Source: Octopus sinensis (taxonomy: Eukaryota). From it: a stretch of 64,000 nt of DNA. Positions within the stretch are counted from its first letter, which is position 1, and each line of letters starts with the position of its first letter. A program made the position numbers and the translations under genes. The DNA lies in contig NW_021832227.1 of assembly GCF_006345805.1 (NCBI RefSeq), positions 392,460 to 456,459 of the forward strand, in the 5' to 3' direction. The notes under the pieces were generated by a model. The model saw only the letters and a list, made by a program, of their open reading frames with translations, searched no databases and was not told the origin of the DNA. This document shows positions 1-12,469 of the stretch, one piece after another.

Positions 1-934
1 CCTGAGGCATTTTTTTCGGCATCAATGCAATGTGTGGCAAGAAATGAAAATTTACCGATCGAAAAACTAGTTTTGGAAGTCACAATAAATGAAGAAAAAG
101 CTGGAAATGACTCGTTTAGAGTATCCGGTAACACAACATATTTTAATTTAAAGATATGATATTATTCGGTGCTACTATAAAATCTGATCGTCTTCTTTTG
201 ACTGATGAAGTTTCTTCATTGATTCCAAATATGTTTCTCAGGTGGAAAGTCAACGAACCTGGGCTATGTAGTCAGAATATAGTCAGGCTGCCGTTATATC
301 TTAACAAGACACGAGAGCAATGCATTATGTCGGTCCTTTTCTCGGTAGAACAAGATCAAATCATTGAGGATTTTTATACACGTGGAGTCTGTTTGTTGTG
401 TTCTCAGCTCGACTAACATATTCTCTTTTATCATTAATCGCATTTATTTGTTTTTGAATATTATTATTAGGGTAAAGTTAATGATTTTAATTCATTTCAT
501 AAGCTAAAACCCTTCTATTTGTCTCATTATAACAGAATATTTTAAATTCTTTTATTTTTGATAAAGATCCAGTTTTTGAACAGGTCAATGTGATTATTCC
601 TTCTATTATTAAACGTTTATTCATTTTCTCTCCCTTTGCAGACCTCCAAGAAGGTGCAGTCTACCGCCTATTAGAAAAGTGTTGGATCGGCGAGCATGAA
701 AGCTTTCAATAATGATTAATGTGACCATTTTTTGTCAACCAAAAAACTTTTAAAGCTTTTTAAGTTTTTGATTTTTTCTTTCTTTTCATACTATTGTATA
801 TTTTTTTAGTTTGCATGTATACCGTGAGTCGAACAAAGAACAATTTTGCAAGTTTTTCTTTTATCGAAAAAGTCTATTAATCAAGAAATTTACGTAATTT
901 TATAGAATTTTAATTTGAAAAACATTTGTTAACT

Positions 935-1240
935 TGCTTCACATTTAACTTCGAGTGCTCTGGAGGCTAAATCTGCTGCTAAGAAGGCTGAAGATTTATT
1001 CTCCCTGTCGAAGGAGTTTTTCGTGGTGCCGATAGCGGTGGAGACGTCGGGTGCTCTTGGTCCAAAGACGGAAAAGTTCCTTAGCAAGCTCGGAGCCAAA
1101 ATCTCAATGGGCACTCACGATCCTCGGGAGGTCTACTGGCTATTGCAGCGGTTCTCGATCGCTATTATCCGGGGAAACAGTTTGGCAATCCGCCAGGCTG
1201 TATATCGTAAACATAATAATGAATATTTTTGATTAATTAA
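935..1240 (+). mobile_element. 5'-truncated CRE-like (RLE-type) non-LTR retrotransposon, 3' fragment
   Basis: ORF 1023..1232 VPIAVETSGALGPK...EVYWLLQRFSIAIIRGN matches the C-terminus of the intact element at 37735..40632 (PLAFETSGIIGPK...SWLFQRISFAILRGN). Confidence 0.8.
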
Positions 1241-1369
1241 ATTATTTGTTAACTTTGAAAATACAATAATTTTTCTATTAATCTGTAAAATTGTTAATTT
1301 ATTGTTGAATTAATTTATTTATCAACTTTTTATAAAATAGGTTTATGTTTACTCAAAACACTACAAAAT

Positions 1370-2140
1370 ATGCTTGTTGATGTTACAGAATATTTACTTC
1401 CACTTGGAATCTTTATTGTATCCTTATTTTTCTATCTAATTCCTTTCGTCACTAAAATAATTCATTCAAAATCAAAATTTTGTTCAAATTTATCTAATGA
1501 GTGCTTTGTAGATGGAATTTTATGCACATTAACACTAACTATATTCATTCCGGCTTCTAATATGTCATATAAAAACGCATTGAACTGCTTTTCATTTAAA
1601 GATAAATTTTCTTTGGATGCTTCAGTATTCATTGTGCTCATATTTTTTATTATTCTTCTTATTGAATCCATATTTTTGAAAAGCCGTAAGAAAAATAATG
1701 GAAATTCAAACGACTTTTTTGTCTCCTTTTTAGCTATCACTATCCACTCTTTCTTTGATGGAATTACTATGGGCCTTCAAAAACATACTGAAAATTTGAT
1801 TCCTGTTTTTTTCGGTATCATTTTTCACCGAATTTTTGTTTCAATGGCAACCGGAGCCAGAGCATCTGCTAATTGTTTTACCATTAAAATCCAGGCAATT
1901 TTGGCTTTAATTTTTTCTACTTCTTTTTTGGCGGGAGTTATGTTGGGATTTTGTAATTTTCAGAGACAGTATGTATGCTACGGAAGAATTTTTGAAACTG
2001 TTGTTAATTCCTTAGGTTCTGGTTTTCTTTTATACGCCATCTTTGTACAGAAAATGGGACAATATGCTGGAACTCCAAAATATTGCTTTTGGGCTTTCAT
2101 GGGAGCCTTGTCAATGATTTTTATTCAATGCTTATTTTAA
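1370..2140 (+). CDS. ZIP (SLC39) family zinc/divalent metal transporter, 256 aa
   Basis: Multiple hydrophobic segments; TM4 signature LAITIHSFFDGITMG and TM5 GIIFHR; C-terminal GSGFLLYAIFV. Confidence 0.85.
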   Translation: MLVDVTEYLLPLGIFIVSLFFYLIPFVTKIIHSKSKFCSNLSNECFVDGILCTLTLTIFIPASNMSYKNALNCFSFKDKFSLDASVFIVLIFFIILLIESIFLKSRKKNNGNSNDFFVSFLAITIHSFFDGITMGLQKHTENLIPVFFGIIFHRIFVSMATGARASANCFTIKIQAILALIFSTSFLAGVMLGFCNFQRQYVCYGRIFETVVNSLGSGFLLYAIFVQKMGQYAGTPKYCFWAFMGALSMIFIQCLF

Positions 2141-2818
2141 TTTTTTAATTGGTATACAACCTATATTTAGTATATATTGAGTACATTAGAAAGTAACATC
2201 TGTCATATAATTAAATTTCCTGTCTATTACAATAATAAGGGTCTGCATCACTTAAATAATATTAATACAGACAAATACTTATAATTTATGAAAGTAACTC
2301 CTTAGAAGATCTGGTCGAGACTATGTTTTGGTATTATTTATTTAGAAATTAGTTATAGTTTGTAGATATATCAAGATCATAGTGACCTTGAAATTATTTT
2401 CGTTAGAAATTATTTTTGGCAAGGTCTGCGATGTTGAATAATAAATATCTTTTTAAAGATTAATTTTGAAAATATTGATTAATAAATTTGTGACTAGACA
2501 ATCTTATAATCTATAAGCTCGAACTTTTGAAATCTGTATATTAAAAACAATTGATTCTGTATATCTTAGGTTTCTTTAATTGAATGTGATCTAAAATATC
2601 ATGTTTAGAAAATTAATTTTATATTTCATTAATCATATTAAATTGATTTCTATAATTCATTCACTTTTGATCTGGTGTAAATTTAATGTCAAAAAGACAT
2701 AAAATTGGAACTAATTAAGACACGCAGGAGAACGGATTGACAGATAATTGCTCCGGGGAATGGAAAAAAGAATCTTTTCAAAAAGCCAGCTCGTCTCGTT
2801 GCGGTTAAATGTTCTATA

Positions 2819-3666
2819 CCCTTCCAAGTTCAATATGGGAATTTCCAAATTCAATATGGGATTTTCAAGTTCAAGGATTTTCAAGTCGGTTATTGAATTC
2901 ATTTATTAATTTAAAATCGCCTTACATTATAAAATGTACGTTAATAAAAAGAAAGAATTAGCTGAAAAAAGAAAAAATTTGTTGACTGTTTACGAAAATG
3001 ATGGGGATTGGAATCAAGTTGCATGTTCTCTCGGAATAAAAAAAACAACTGCATACAGGTGGATAAAAGAAGGCTTTAAGGATGATTCAAGAGGTGGTTT
3101 TCGATATTCAAAAATTTCAAATACCGTACTTGAAGAAAATGAATTCACAGAAAACAAAATACTTCGACTTGCACCTTACAGTCCAATGTTAAATCCAATC
3201 GAACAAATATGGTCTAAAATGAAAGCTTTTGTAAAAAGAAAAATGGCTGAAAATCTTGGGAATATCTTAGATAGAAATGAACCTGACTTGTCAAAAACAG
3301 AATTTCGGAAACAGAGATTCGAGGATTTAATTAAACAATCTATGGACGAAGTTACTCCAAAGATTTGTGCTAAGTTAATAGCCAGAATCCAAGGACTATT
3401 GCCTTCTTTATTAAATTACAAGGACGTAACATTTTAATTTTTCCGTTTGATATAAATGAGTCATGATTTTTTTTCAAATATTTTAAAATTAACTTGGAAA
3501 TCCCATATTGAATTTGGAAAATCCCACTTTGAACATGGAAATCCCATATTGAATTTGGAAAATCCCACTTTGAACATGGAAATCCCATATTGAATTTGGA
3601 AAATCCCACTTTGAACTTGGAAATCTCATATTGAATTTGGAAATTCCCATATTGAACTTGGAAAGG
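2819..3666 (+). mobile_element. IS630/Tc1-mariner element, internally deleted
   Basis: TIR CC(C/T)TTCCAAGTTCAATATGGGAATTT at both ends flanked by TATA; ORF 2934..3437 has an HTH (SLGIKKTTAYRW) fused to the last catalytic block LRLAPYSPMLNPIEQIW; ~41-bp subterminal tandem repeats at ~3495-3660. Confidence 0.85.
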
Positions 3667-4702
3667 TATAGAGCAGATAGTGTTAATTAATATCTTAGAC
3701 ATTATAAGGCGTTTTAGTCATTTCAGAGTATCATGATTGGATATAAAAATAATTAAATATCACTTGACAATTTAAGATATCTTTTAATATGAAGTAGGCC
3801 AAGTTATATTTACCATACTTGGCCATCTTATTAGACAGGAAAAAAATAGTGTACGTCATGTTTATGAAAATCACAGTTTTTGCATTTCAAAGTTCCATTC
3901 TAAATCACGTTTGAAGAATTAAGTTGGTAGCACATGGTTGACGCCACATGATAATTAAGGTTCATGAACAGATAAAATTCGCAGGCTTAAGTTTTGTAAC
4001 TTTACAGTTGTGATTTACAAAAATTACTATATTTAAAAGAAATGTTAGAGGATTGACTTACAGTTGTCCTGGTAATCCTTTGGAACGGTCAGTTCATCTT
4101 GCAACGGACAAAAGTTTAGGAAGAGATAAAGACTCAGAGAGGAAAGCATATTTTTGAAGCCAGAAGTTTATTTAAAATAAATAAAATGTTTACTATCAAG
4201 GAATGAATAATTAAAAAACTAACATTAATACAATCATTTATTAGCATGATAATTGAAAGTATTTTAGGGAATGAATAATTAAAAAGTAACTATTTAGAAA
4301 TAAAACGTCAGAGCTAAGTTTAGACAATCATGTAACATCATTAAGTATTTTCATCATACAGAAAATAGTTTTATAGATTATCTTATGATCAAAAAAGAGA
4401 AATTATAAATTATTTTATTGATAACTCTTCTCTGAGTTTAAGTCGTGTTTGAAAAATTTTTTCGTCGCGTTTTAACAAATCAATTTCTAGACGTGCAACT
4501 AACGATCTTAAATTATGTAGTTCCTGAAATTGGTGCAGGAGTCATGTCGTTGCTCTATAAACCATGTTGTGTATGAAGCTGGATTTATTTCCGTTTATTA
4601 GCCATCCTGCCAATCTGGCGACGTCCACATCAGTGCTTTTCAGGCACATTGAATCTCCTTCAGTTCCTTGTATGTCAATCTCATCGCTTTAGCAATTTTG
4701 TA

Positions 4703-6139
4703 CAGTAAAACCTCTGGTGCTCGCCACCTCTGTTACTCGTCACTTCTATTGCTCGCCACATATTTTCCAAAAAATTAAAAATTTCTAGTAAATTTTGATA
4801 AATATTCTATTGCTCGCCATTTTCTAAATCTCGCCATTAATTTTTTAAAATATTTTTTTTGGTTAAACTATTTTTTATATAAAATATTTCAACCATGCTA
4901 AATTCAACATGCGTAAGAGCACAAGATTCTCTTTTAATGAAAAACGTCGGATTATTGCGTACATGGAGGAGAACAAAAATCTCACGATGGACCGTATAGC
5001 TTACATTTTTTCTTCTGTTTTGAAGAAAAAAATATCTCGAAGGGCTGTAAACGATTTTAGACTTGGAAAAGAGAAAATAATGTCTACTGATCCTATTTTC
5101 TCCAATAAGAAGGGATTATCTAACTTAACTTATTCTGTTATTGACACCGAACTATTAACTTGGATGGAATACATTGAGCTGCATTTGATCAGAAACAAGA
5201 AATTGATCTCTGCAAAGATTCAACAATATAATGCTGAAAACATTTATAACGCTGATGAACTGGGATTTTTTTACAAATCTATCCAGTCAAAAATTGTTTG
5301 TCAGAAGGTTCGATATGGACATAAAATCCTTAAAGAACGGTTTAATTTTTATTTATTTTTTAGATTTTCTTTGTTGCTATGCTCAAATATGACTGGGACA
5401 GACAAAAATTCCACTTATGATTGGAAAGTTCCAGAAACCTCGCTGCTTTAAAAAATTTTAAAGTCGAAAATTTTGTCGATTACTGTCATTCATCAAAAGC
5501 ATGGACGACAAGTAAAATTTTTAACGAATGGCTTTTAACATGGGATAGGCATCTAAAAAAACGAAAAATTCTTTTAGTTGTGAATCGATGCCAATCCCAT
5601 AAACTTTACGCTGATTTAGAGTCAATTGAAGTTCTTTACCTACCTTCGAAGACTACAACAATTCTACAACCAATGGATCAAGGAATCATTAGATCCTTCA
5701 AAGGACATTTTAATAAATTTAAATTGAGTTTATGTTAGAAAAAATTGAAAATGGAGAAAATCCACTGGAAGCTCATACATAATTAATTTTAAAAGACGGT
5801 CTTCTTTTTGCATATTTTGCCTGGAAAAAAGTAACGACCAAAACAAGTACAAATTGTTTCGGACATTCAAAATAGATCGAATGTGAAAATCAACTCGAAA
5901 GACCAACTGTTGAAATTGATAATTTTTAGTTAATTATTTCTTTTTAATTTCTTTTGATTCTCTTTGTTTCTTTGCTTAAATATGACTTGGAAGGGTCACT
6001 TAGGAAAGTATCGAAAACCGAGATGTTTTTAAAATTTCAAAGTCAAAAAATTTATTGATTATTTCCATTGCTCGCCAAATTCTATTGCTCGCCATTTTTT
6101 CTTCGGTCCCGAAAATGGCGAGCACCAGAGGTTTTACTG
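4703..6139 (+). mobile_element. pogo/Tigger (CENP-B-like) DNA transposon, frameshifted
   Basis: TIR CAGTAAAACCTCTGGTGCTCGCCA with TA TSD; ORFs 4909..5451 and 5421..5738 with HTH, IYNADELG, AWTTSKIF, SHK and LQPMDQGIIRSFK motifs; 24-nt GT-AG intron at 5340..5363. Confidence 0.9.
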
Positions 6140-7020
6140 TACTTTAAAGAAACAAAATTAACGAAGATAAAAAATAGTTGATTTTATATTTATAAAAAAA
6201 ATTTCGAACCTACAAAAAATTGACGCTACGACATTAGACAAAAATAATCATTGAAATCTAAAAAAATCGCAAGTAAAATTAAATGGGTCTCATGAGGGTT
6301 CTTCGTGCACATAAAAATCAACGAACGAACCTGTCTAACAAAAGAGCGAGTAGATGGTTGACAATTACGAAAATTTTCATGACTATGGGCTGGAGGATAA
6401 AGTCTTCGCTGAGATTTAGAAGAACAAATCGTGGGTAAAGCAACATCCGCAGGTGAACGTAAACCGATTCTTCTAAATCGGACCTACAAAATTGCTTGCT
6501 TCCAGGATATATCGTGAAGTGAATGTTGCATAGCGTAGAACATACAAAAGTCTAAACAGAAATCTGTAATCAGGCATTTTGAAATGACAAGAAATTATAA
6601 GCACGTTTAGAAATTTATTTAATTTAAAAAAAACTTCAACTCGCAAAAAATCTGGAACACAAAGTGGTCACCTGTTGCTTAAAAAAGATACAAATAACAG
6701 AACATGGACTCTCTTAGATGGCAGATTACACGCTTGTTATTCTTCCAATGATCTGTCGTCACTACGAGATTTAATAATCAACCGAAATTTAGACAAAAAC
6801 GTATCCAGGGTGTGTCAGTCTCGAAAAAGATGCATTGCTTCAAATTAAAGAGGGAACAAGACACAAAGATGTAATATGTACGCGGAAATAACAGGGGGCA
6901 TTAAACGCCTATGTAAAAGGATACTAAATCTACCACTAGGAAAATTTGATTACCTAATGATTTTGCGTTACTGCAATAAAAAAATAACAAACTTCGTAAC
7001 ATCAATATATCGCATTAAAC

Positions 7021-9400
7021 TTAGTTAGTTAATTAGTTAGTTAGTTATGTTACCCCGGCTTCACTAACACGTAGGAAGCCGGCTGCAATCAGGTAGCGAG
7101 ACGCGAAGATCGGGCGCTCTCCAGAGATCCCGAATCCCAATAGGCGGAGACAAGTGAGGCGGTCCAGGACAGGGGAAGAGGTCTTCGGGGGTGAAGGAAC
7201 GGTATGTTTCGAAAATCAGTGGATGATGACCTGAGCGAATCTGAGCAAGCTGGACACGGAGATATCTGCCGAGTGATTGCTATGAGGAGTGGACCGGCGG
7301 GGGGGGGAGGAGTTGAGAAGTTTGTTGTTTTTGAGCATCCTGATAGCACGAGTGGAGATGTGGTCATGGATTAGTTTATTCGCAGTTTTCCCATTGTTGG
7401 TTGAGAGTATTTTTGATAGACATCTACATTGATCGGCCAGAGTAGAGATGATGATGTGTCTTTTGTTTTCTGGAATAGAAATTTTGTGACTTGGATGTGA
7501 AGAGTCTGTATTTCCTGTAGGAATTGGAGTCCTCTCATCGTCAAATGGTCATCGACCGGAAAGATACAGGACTCCCAATGGAGATGATCGATGGGAGTGG
7601 ATGCAAGGCAGCCAGTTATTGTGCGTAGCCCTGAGTTTTGGATTCTTTGGAGTTTTTGGAGGTTTGAATGAGACAAGTTCCATGACCATGCTGGACTAGC
7701 ATAGTTCATTGATGTTCTAACAAATTGTTTGTAAACCAAAGTGAGGCATTCTTTGGCTTGGCCGTAAGTTTGTCCAGATAAGGCACGTAGTGTATTCAGT
7801 TTTCGTTTGGCTTTTGTGGAAATGAGCTCCACGTGTTGCGTGAAAGATAGGCATTGATCGAATACAACTCCAAGAATTTTCGGGTTTTTTATGACAGGAA
7901 TTATTTCGCCGGCCACATCGAGGACTGGGTTTAGGTTGAATTGTCTTTTATCAGATGTAAAAACAGTGATGGACGATTTGGACGCAGAAGGAGTCATATG
8001 GTTAGATCCTAGCCATTTGGTCAGAGAGTCTAGATGAGTTTGAAGTGAGTTTGTTGCAGCTTCGATGGAATTGTTTCTTGAAGCAATCACTATGTCGTCT
8101 GCGTACGAGAGGAGTAGTGTTTCCGAATTAGTAGGCATATCACTGAGGTGTAGATTGAAGAGGGCTGGAGAGAGACAGGAGCCCTGAGGGACCCCATTAG
8201 GTAAGTACCGGAATCGGGAGTTTTTTGACCCGAATTTTGTCTGAGCCAGTCTACCAGATAAGAAGCTACACAGCCAGATTTTCAGATGATGGGGAATAGG
8301 AGAAGAGTGAATTTTTGAGCTCAGGACATGTCGTGAAGTTCGGTCAAAAGCCTTACTGATATCAATTGAGGCCAGGATAGTTCGATGGGGAGGGGAGTAG
8401 TTATTAAATCCGTCTGCGATGCATCTTGTTAGATAAGATAGGTGTGTAGTTGTTGAGTGCTGCGGACGGAAGCCATGCTGTGACTTTGATAGAGTGAGGA
8501 AAGGGTAGATTGAATTCAGGACAAATTTTTCGAGGATTTTTGATAGGACAGAGATGAGTGAGATTGGCCTGAACGAGGCGGGGTCGCAGGGGTCTTTGTT
8601 GGGCTTCAGAATTGGAATGATAACAGATTTTTTCCAGACCATGGGTATTAGTCCTGAGTTTAGCGAAGTTTTGAAGATATCTGTCAGAGCATTTAACCCA
8701 TTTTGGCCAAGGTTTTTCAAATGGTATATGGAAAGACCATCCGGTCCACAGGCGTGAGAATTCTTAGCGTTCTCGATAAGTTGACTTATTTCAGAAGTTG
8801 ATATTGTGATTTCTGGAGAGGGGAAGTTTTTGTTAAGTTTGAGTTTTCGGCATCGGTTATCTTTGTCCATCCCCATGTGACTGATTTTTGCATAGTGATT
8901 CATGATGGTGTTTGCCTGTTCTCTGAACGATTTCGTTTGTCTTTTATTGTTTAGACCAGAGGCGTGTGAATCTGTATTGGCTGATTGTGATTGATGGATT
9001 CCTTTAAGAACTCTCCAGAAATGCGAGAGCTTGGTTCTGTGATCAAGAGACGAGATGAATTCGGACCATTTATTTTTCTTATGCTTTGAGATCATCTGGT
9101 TGATTTTCTCGTTGAGGACTGACAGTTCATGCATGTTAGTGTGGTTGGTCTTTTTCAATAAGCTTCTTTTTTGAATGAGTTCTACTATTTCTCGGTTAAA
9201 CAATGGTTTTGCATGTTTGTGGAATCCTTTAGGCACGTGTCTCTTGTCGGCCGCCAATAGTTTCGAAGTGAAGAATTGGATAGCGGAGTCCAGTGAGCTA
9301 TGGGCTGCTGTTGAGTTTTTCTGAAACTTGATTCAATTATGCTAAAGAATGTAGCTAAATATAAAAAATACAAGTAATGTAAATTTTTCTATAGTTTTGT
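7021..9400 (-). mobile_element. I/Jockey-group LINE, 5'-truncated, RT ORF 7371..9257
   Basis: FRPISL, QHGFRP, DISKAFD, GVPQGSCLSPALFN, YADD, PKILGVVFD; frameshifted C-terminus; (TAAC)n tail at 7021-7047; no endonuclease domain visible. Confidence 0.85.
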
Positions 9401-9523
9401 AAGATAGATAAAATTAATAAGTATCATATTTAAATTTATAGGAATTATTACTGCGCATAAAAATAAACAACCATGTTTTTAATTGTTAGAATAATTCTTG
9501 CCCACCGAAAATCATGTCGCATT

Positions 9524-9712
9524 GTCGCTTCTCGGCCTTTTGGCTAAGATCAAAGTGTAGTATCTGTTCTTTCCAGCTTTATATCTGGGACGCCCTTACA
9601 CGGGGCAAGATATAATGCTTATTTTTGTGCCTTGGTATGTGTTGCGAAGCTTGCTTCCTCCATACCACGCGTCCTCCCGGTATTGCAGTACTTCTGGGTT
9701 GGGCGCATTCCC
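9524..9712 (+). ncRNA. RNU2: U2 spliceosomal snRNA
   Basis: TCGCTTCTCGGCCTTTTGGCTAAGATCAAAGTGTAGTATCTGTTCTT 5' region with branch-site pairing GTAGTA; Sm site ATTTTTG; 3' GTATTGCAGTAC; ~189 nt. Confidence 0.95.
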
Positions 9713-9966
9713 TCTTGGGAGTTTTTATTCTATCAACGTGGTTAGCAAATCTCTAGTTTTTATTTATCATTTCTTTACTTTCTAAGCACTAAGACACACG
9801 TTATATGATGCCATTGACGTCTACGTTCTAGGGATCTTAGCGGGTGTAACTTAAAAATCACGACAGTCCTTCGCGAGGTCTCTGTGCTGAGTCCCACACT
9901 TTTTAATGTCTTTATGGCTTCCGCGCCCATACCAGTCAATACTCGTACTGAAATGGTGATCTATGC

Positions 9967-11879
9967 CAGGGGTCGGCAAAAGCAGGCTCGCGAGCCTTTG
10001 AAGGCTCTTTAACTCTTACGGTAGGCTCTTTCAATTTTTAACTATTTTTTATGTTGTTAATAACAAAAAATCTTTGCACGTTTAACATTAATTTTTTGTG
10101 GTACATCGATATATGCCTAGCACGGGGGTGTCAAAGATACGGCCCCCGGGCCAGAGCTGGCCCGCGGACGATCTCAAATGGCCCGCGGTAAAAGTTTAAA
10201 AGTGTATTTAAAATCTAAAATTATTATTTAACACCAAATAAAAATACAAGAATCTAGATTCTAGAATATAAATAAAAATAAAAAAATTATTGCTCATGAA
10301 TACAATAATTTGATGGGAAAAATTAGAAAAGAGAAGTACGATGCACTACTTGCATGTTTGCGGAATCAGCAATCTTCTTTTTCCAAATTTCGAGATGATA
10401 GTGAGCCAGCTGTTAAAGCTAGCTACGTTATTTCTCGGGAAATAGCGTTAGCATCAAAACCTTATACTGATGGTGATTTTATAAAAACATGTATTATGAA
10501 AGCTACTGAAATCATATGTCTATTAATCGGCCTGATTTCACAAGCATTAGCCTTACAAGAAATACTGTAGAAAATAGGATTTCAGATCTTTCCACTGATT
10601 TGCACAATCAACTCAAGACGAAAATTAGTTCATTCATTACTTTTTCCATTGCTATTGACGAGAGCACTGACATTATGGATGTGGTTCAGTTAGCTATATT
10701 CATTCGTGGTGTGGACGAGAATTTGGCGTTGTGGCTCAATTCAGAGAGAAGGTACAGGCTGTAAAGGGCGCGGAAGAAATGAGTTTGACACCCCTGGCCT
10801 AGCAAGAAAAAAATTAATAAAAAATCGATAATGCGCGATAGCAATAGATGAATCATGTGATATAAATGACATTGCACAAGTATCATTGTTCATGTCATAC
10901 TTAGGTGTCTCTGTTTGTTCGTTATGTGTCTCGAGGTTTCCTGAGGCAAGAACTTTTGGCATTATTGCCTCTAAAGGGTCAAACCCGTGGTGAAGATCTT
11001 GTTGGCGCAGTCGTAGAATATTTTGAAACGAATTATATTCCCCTTAATAAAATCGTTTCAATTTCAACTGACGGTGCTGAAAGCATGCTGGGATCGAGAA
11101 AGGGATTTATAACTTTAATTAAAAGAAGAATTGATCATGAAGTGATTACTCTACATTGTATTATCCACCAAGAGGCACTATCTGCGCAAACGTTTAAGGA
11201 TTTTAGAAAAGAAAAAGCAACACTATCGTTCGTTATAAATCCTCTACGTGCTAAAGTCAGCAATTTAAATTTATTGCCATTTGAAATCAACGCAGCTGAG
11301 TTCGAAATGCAGCTATTGGACTTGACATGTAAGGAATTATGGGCATCAAAATTTATTCGCCTTTCAGAATTACTTGAAACCTTGGAACAGAAACATTGTC
11401 TGGTAAAATTAAGAATGATATTAATGTTATACAAAAGAAACTGGAAGATGTGATTCTCGAAACTTGGAATTCTCTTCCAGATTCTTATTATGAATTAAAA
11501 AAATTTGCATACGGAATTTTGACAATATTCGGGTCCACTTATATGTGTGAACAAAGTTTTCTCATATGAATTATATAAAATTGAAATTAAGGAACAAAAT
11601 TACAGATTCGAATTTGGAATCTAACCTCAGATTAAAATTAACGACTTACGACCCAGACATTAACCAACTCTCCAAAGAAATGAGGAATCACATTTCTCAT
11701 TAATGCGTCTAATTAATTTAATTTTTTAAAATGAATTTTTAATTATTTTTTAAATTAATGTTTATTTAATTTTATGAATTTAAATTTTTGACAAGTGGTA
11801 AAAGGTGGCTCTTCAATTTTTCGAAATTTCCAAAAATGTTCAAAATTGGCTCTTCTCCAAAAGTATTTGCCGACCCCTG
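9967..11879 (+). mobile_element. hAT transposon (SPIN/GTF2IRD2-like), internally deleted
   Basis: TIR CAGGGGTCGGCAAA; 8-bp TSD ATCTATGC (9959..9966 and 11880..11887); AIDESCD, SISTDGA, LHCIIHQEALSAQ, FGSTYMCEQ motifs. Confidence 0.92.
10123..10796 (+). mobile_element. Second SPIN-like hAT deletion derivative nested in the previous hAT
   Basis: TIR C(G/A)GGGGTGTCAAA; 8-bp TSD GCCTAGCA (10115..10122 and 10797..10804); KPYTDGDFIK and FSIAIDESTDI motifs. Confidence 0.9.
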
Positions 11880-12469
11880 ATCTATGCAGACGACATCATC
11901 CTCTGGGATCTCTCAATGAAACCTGAGTGTGCGTGTCGTAGACTACGTGTCGTGTCGCTGTGGATGGACTCGTAAACTAGTGTGAGAGTAGGGGTCTAAA
12001 GATGCGTGCGGACAAGTGAAGTGTCCTCGAAGTCTGTAAAAGGACGAGAAGTTATACAAATTACGTCCCTAGGTTATTGCTGAACGGGTCAGCAATTGCT
12101 GCAGTTGACCGGATTATTTATTTAGGCGTGCTCTTAAAGCCGTCCGGTAAGTTGGATCATCACATTCCACGTACAAAAATGCGTGCAATGCAGCGACTAG
12201 GCGTGTTGCGTGCTTTCCGCCTGCGGAGAGGTGCCTGGCTACGCGTGTTTAACGCCATGGTGTGACCCGTGTTGACCTATAGCGTACATGCCTGGCACTT
12301 CTGCGAGGACAGGGAAAAGAACGTTGACACGCTCAAGAAAGTCAGAAGCCCATCGTTTAGGATTGGCGAGAGGAGCTCTCGTACGCCTAGGAATTATCTC
12401 TCAAAGGCTTCCCTGAGATCCTAGAGAAGATAATGACTGGGTGGTAGGTAAGGTGGCAAGTCTTAACTT

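Larger units (their letters stand above)
9880..12400 (+). pseudogene. Degenerate LINE reverse transcriptase fragment split by hAT insertions
   Basis: Joining 9966 to 11888 restores VLSPTLFNVFMAS...EMVIYADDIILW; downstream IIYLGVLL motif (ORF 12077..12265). Confidence 0.75.

Noticed and set aside
9400-9960. U2-targeting retroelement (Utopia/Keno type)
   Set aside because: U2 is uninterrupted; the neighbouring LINE pieces lie outside the gene
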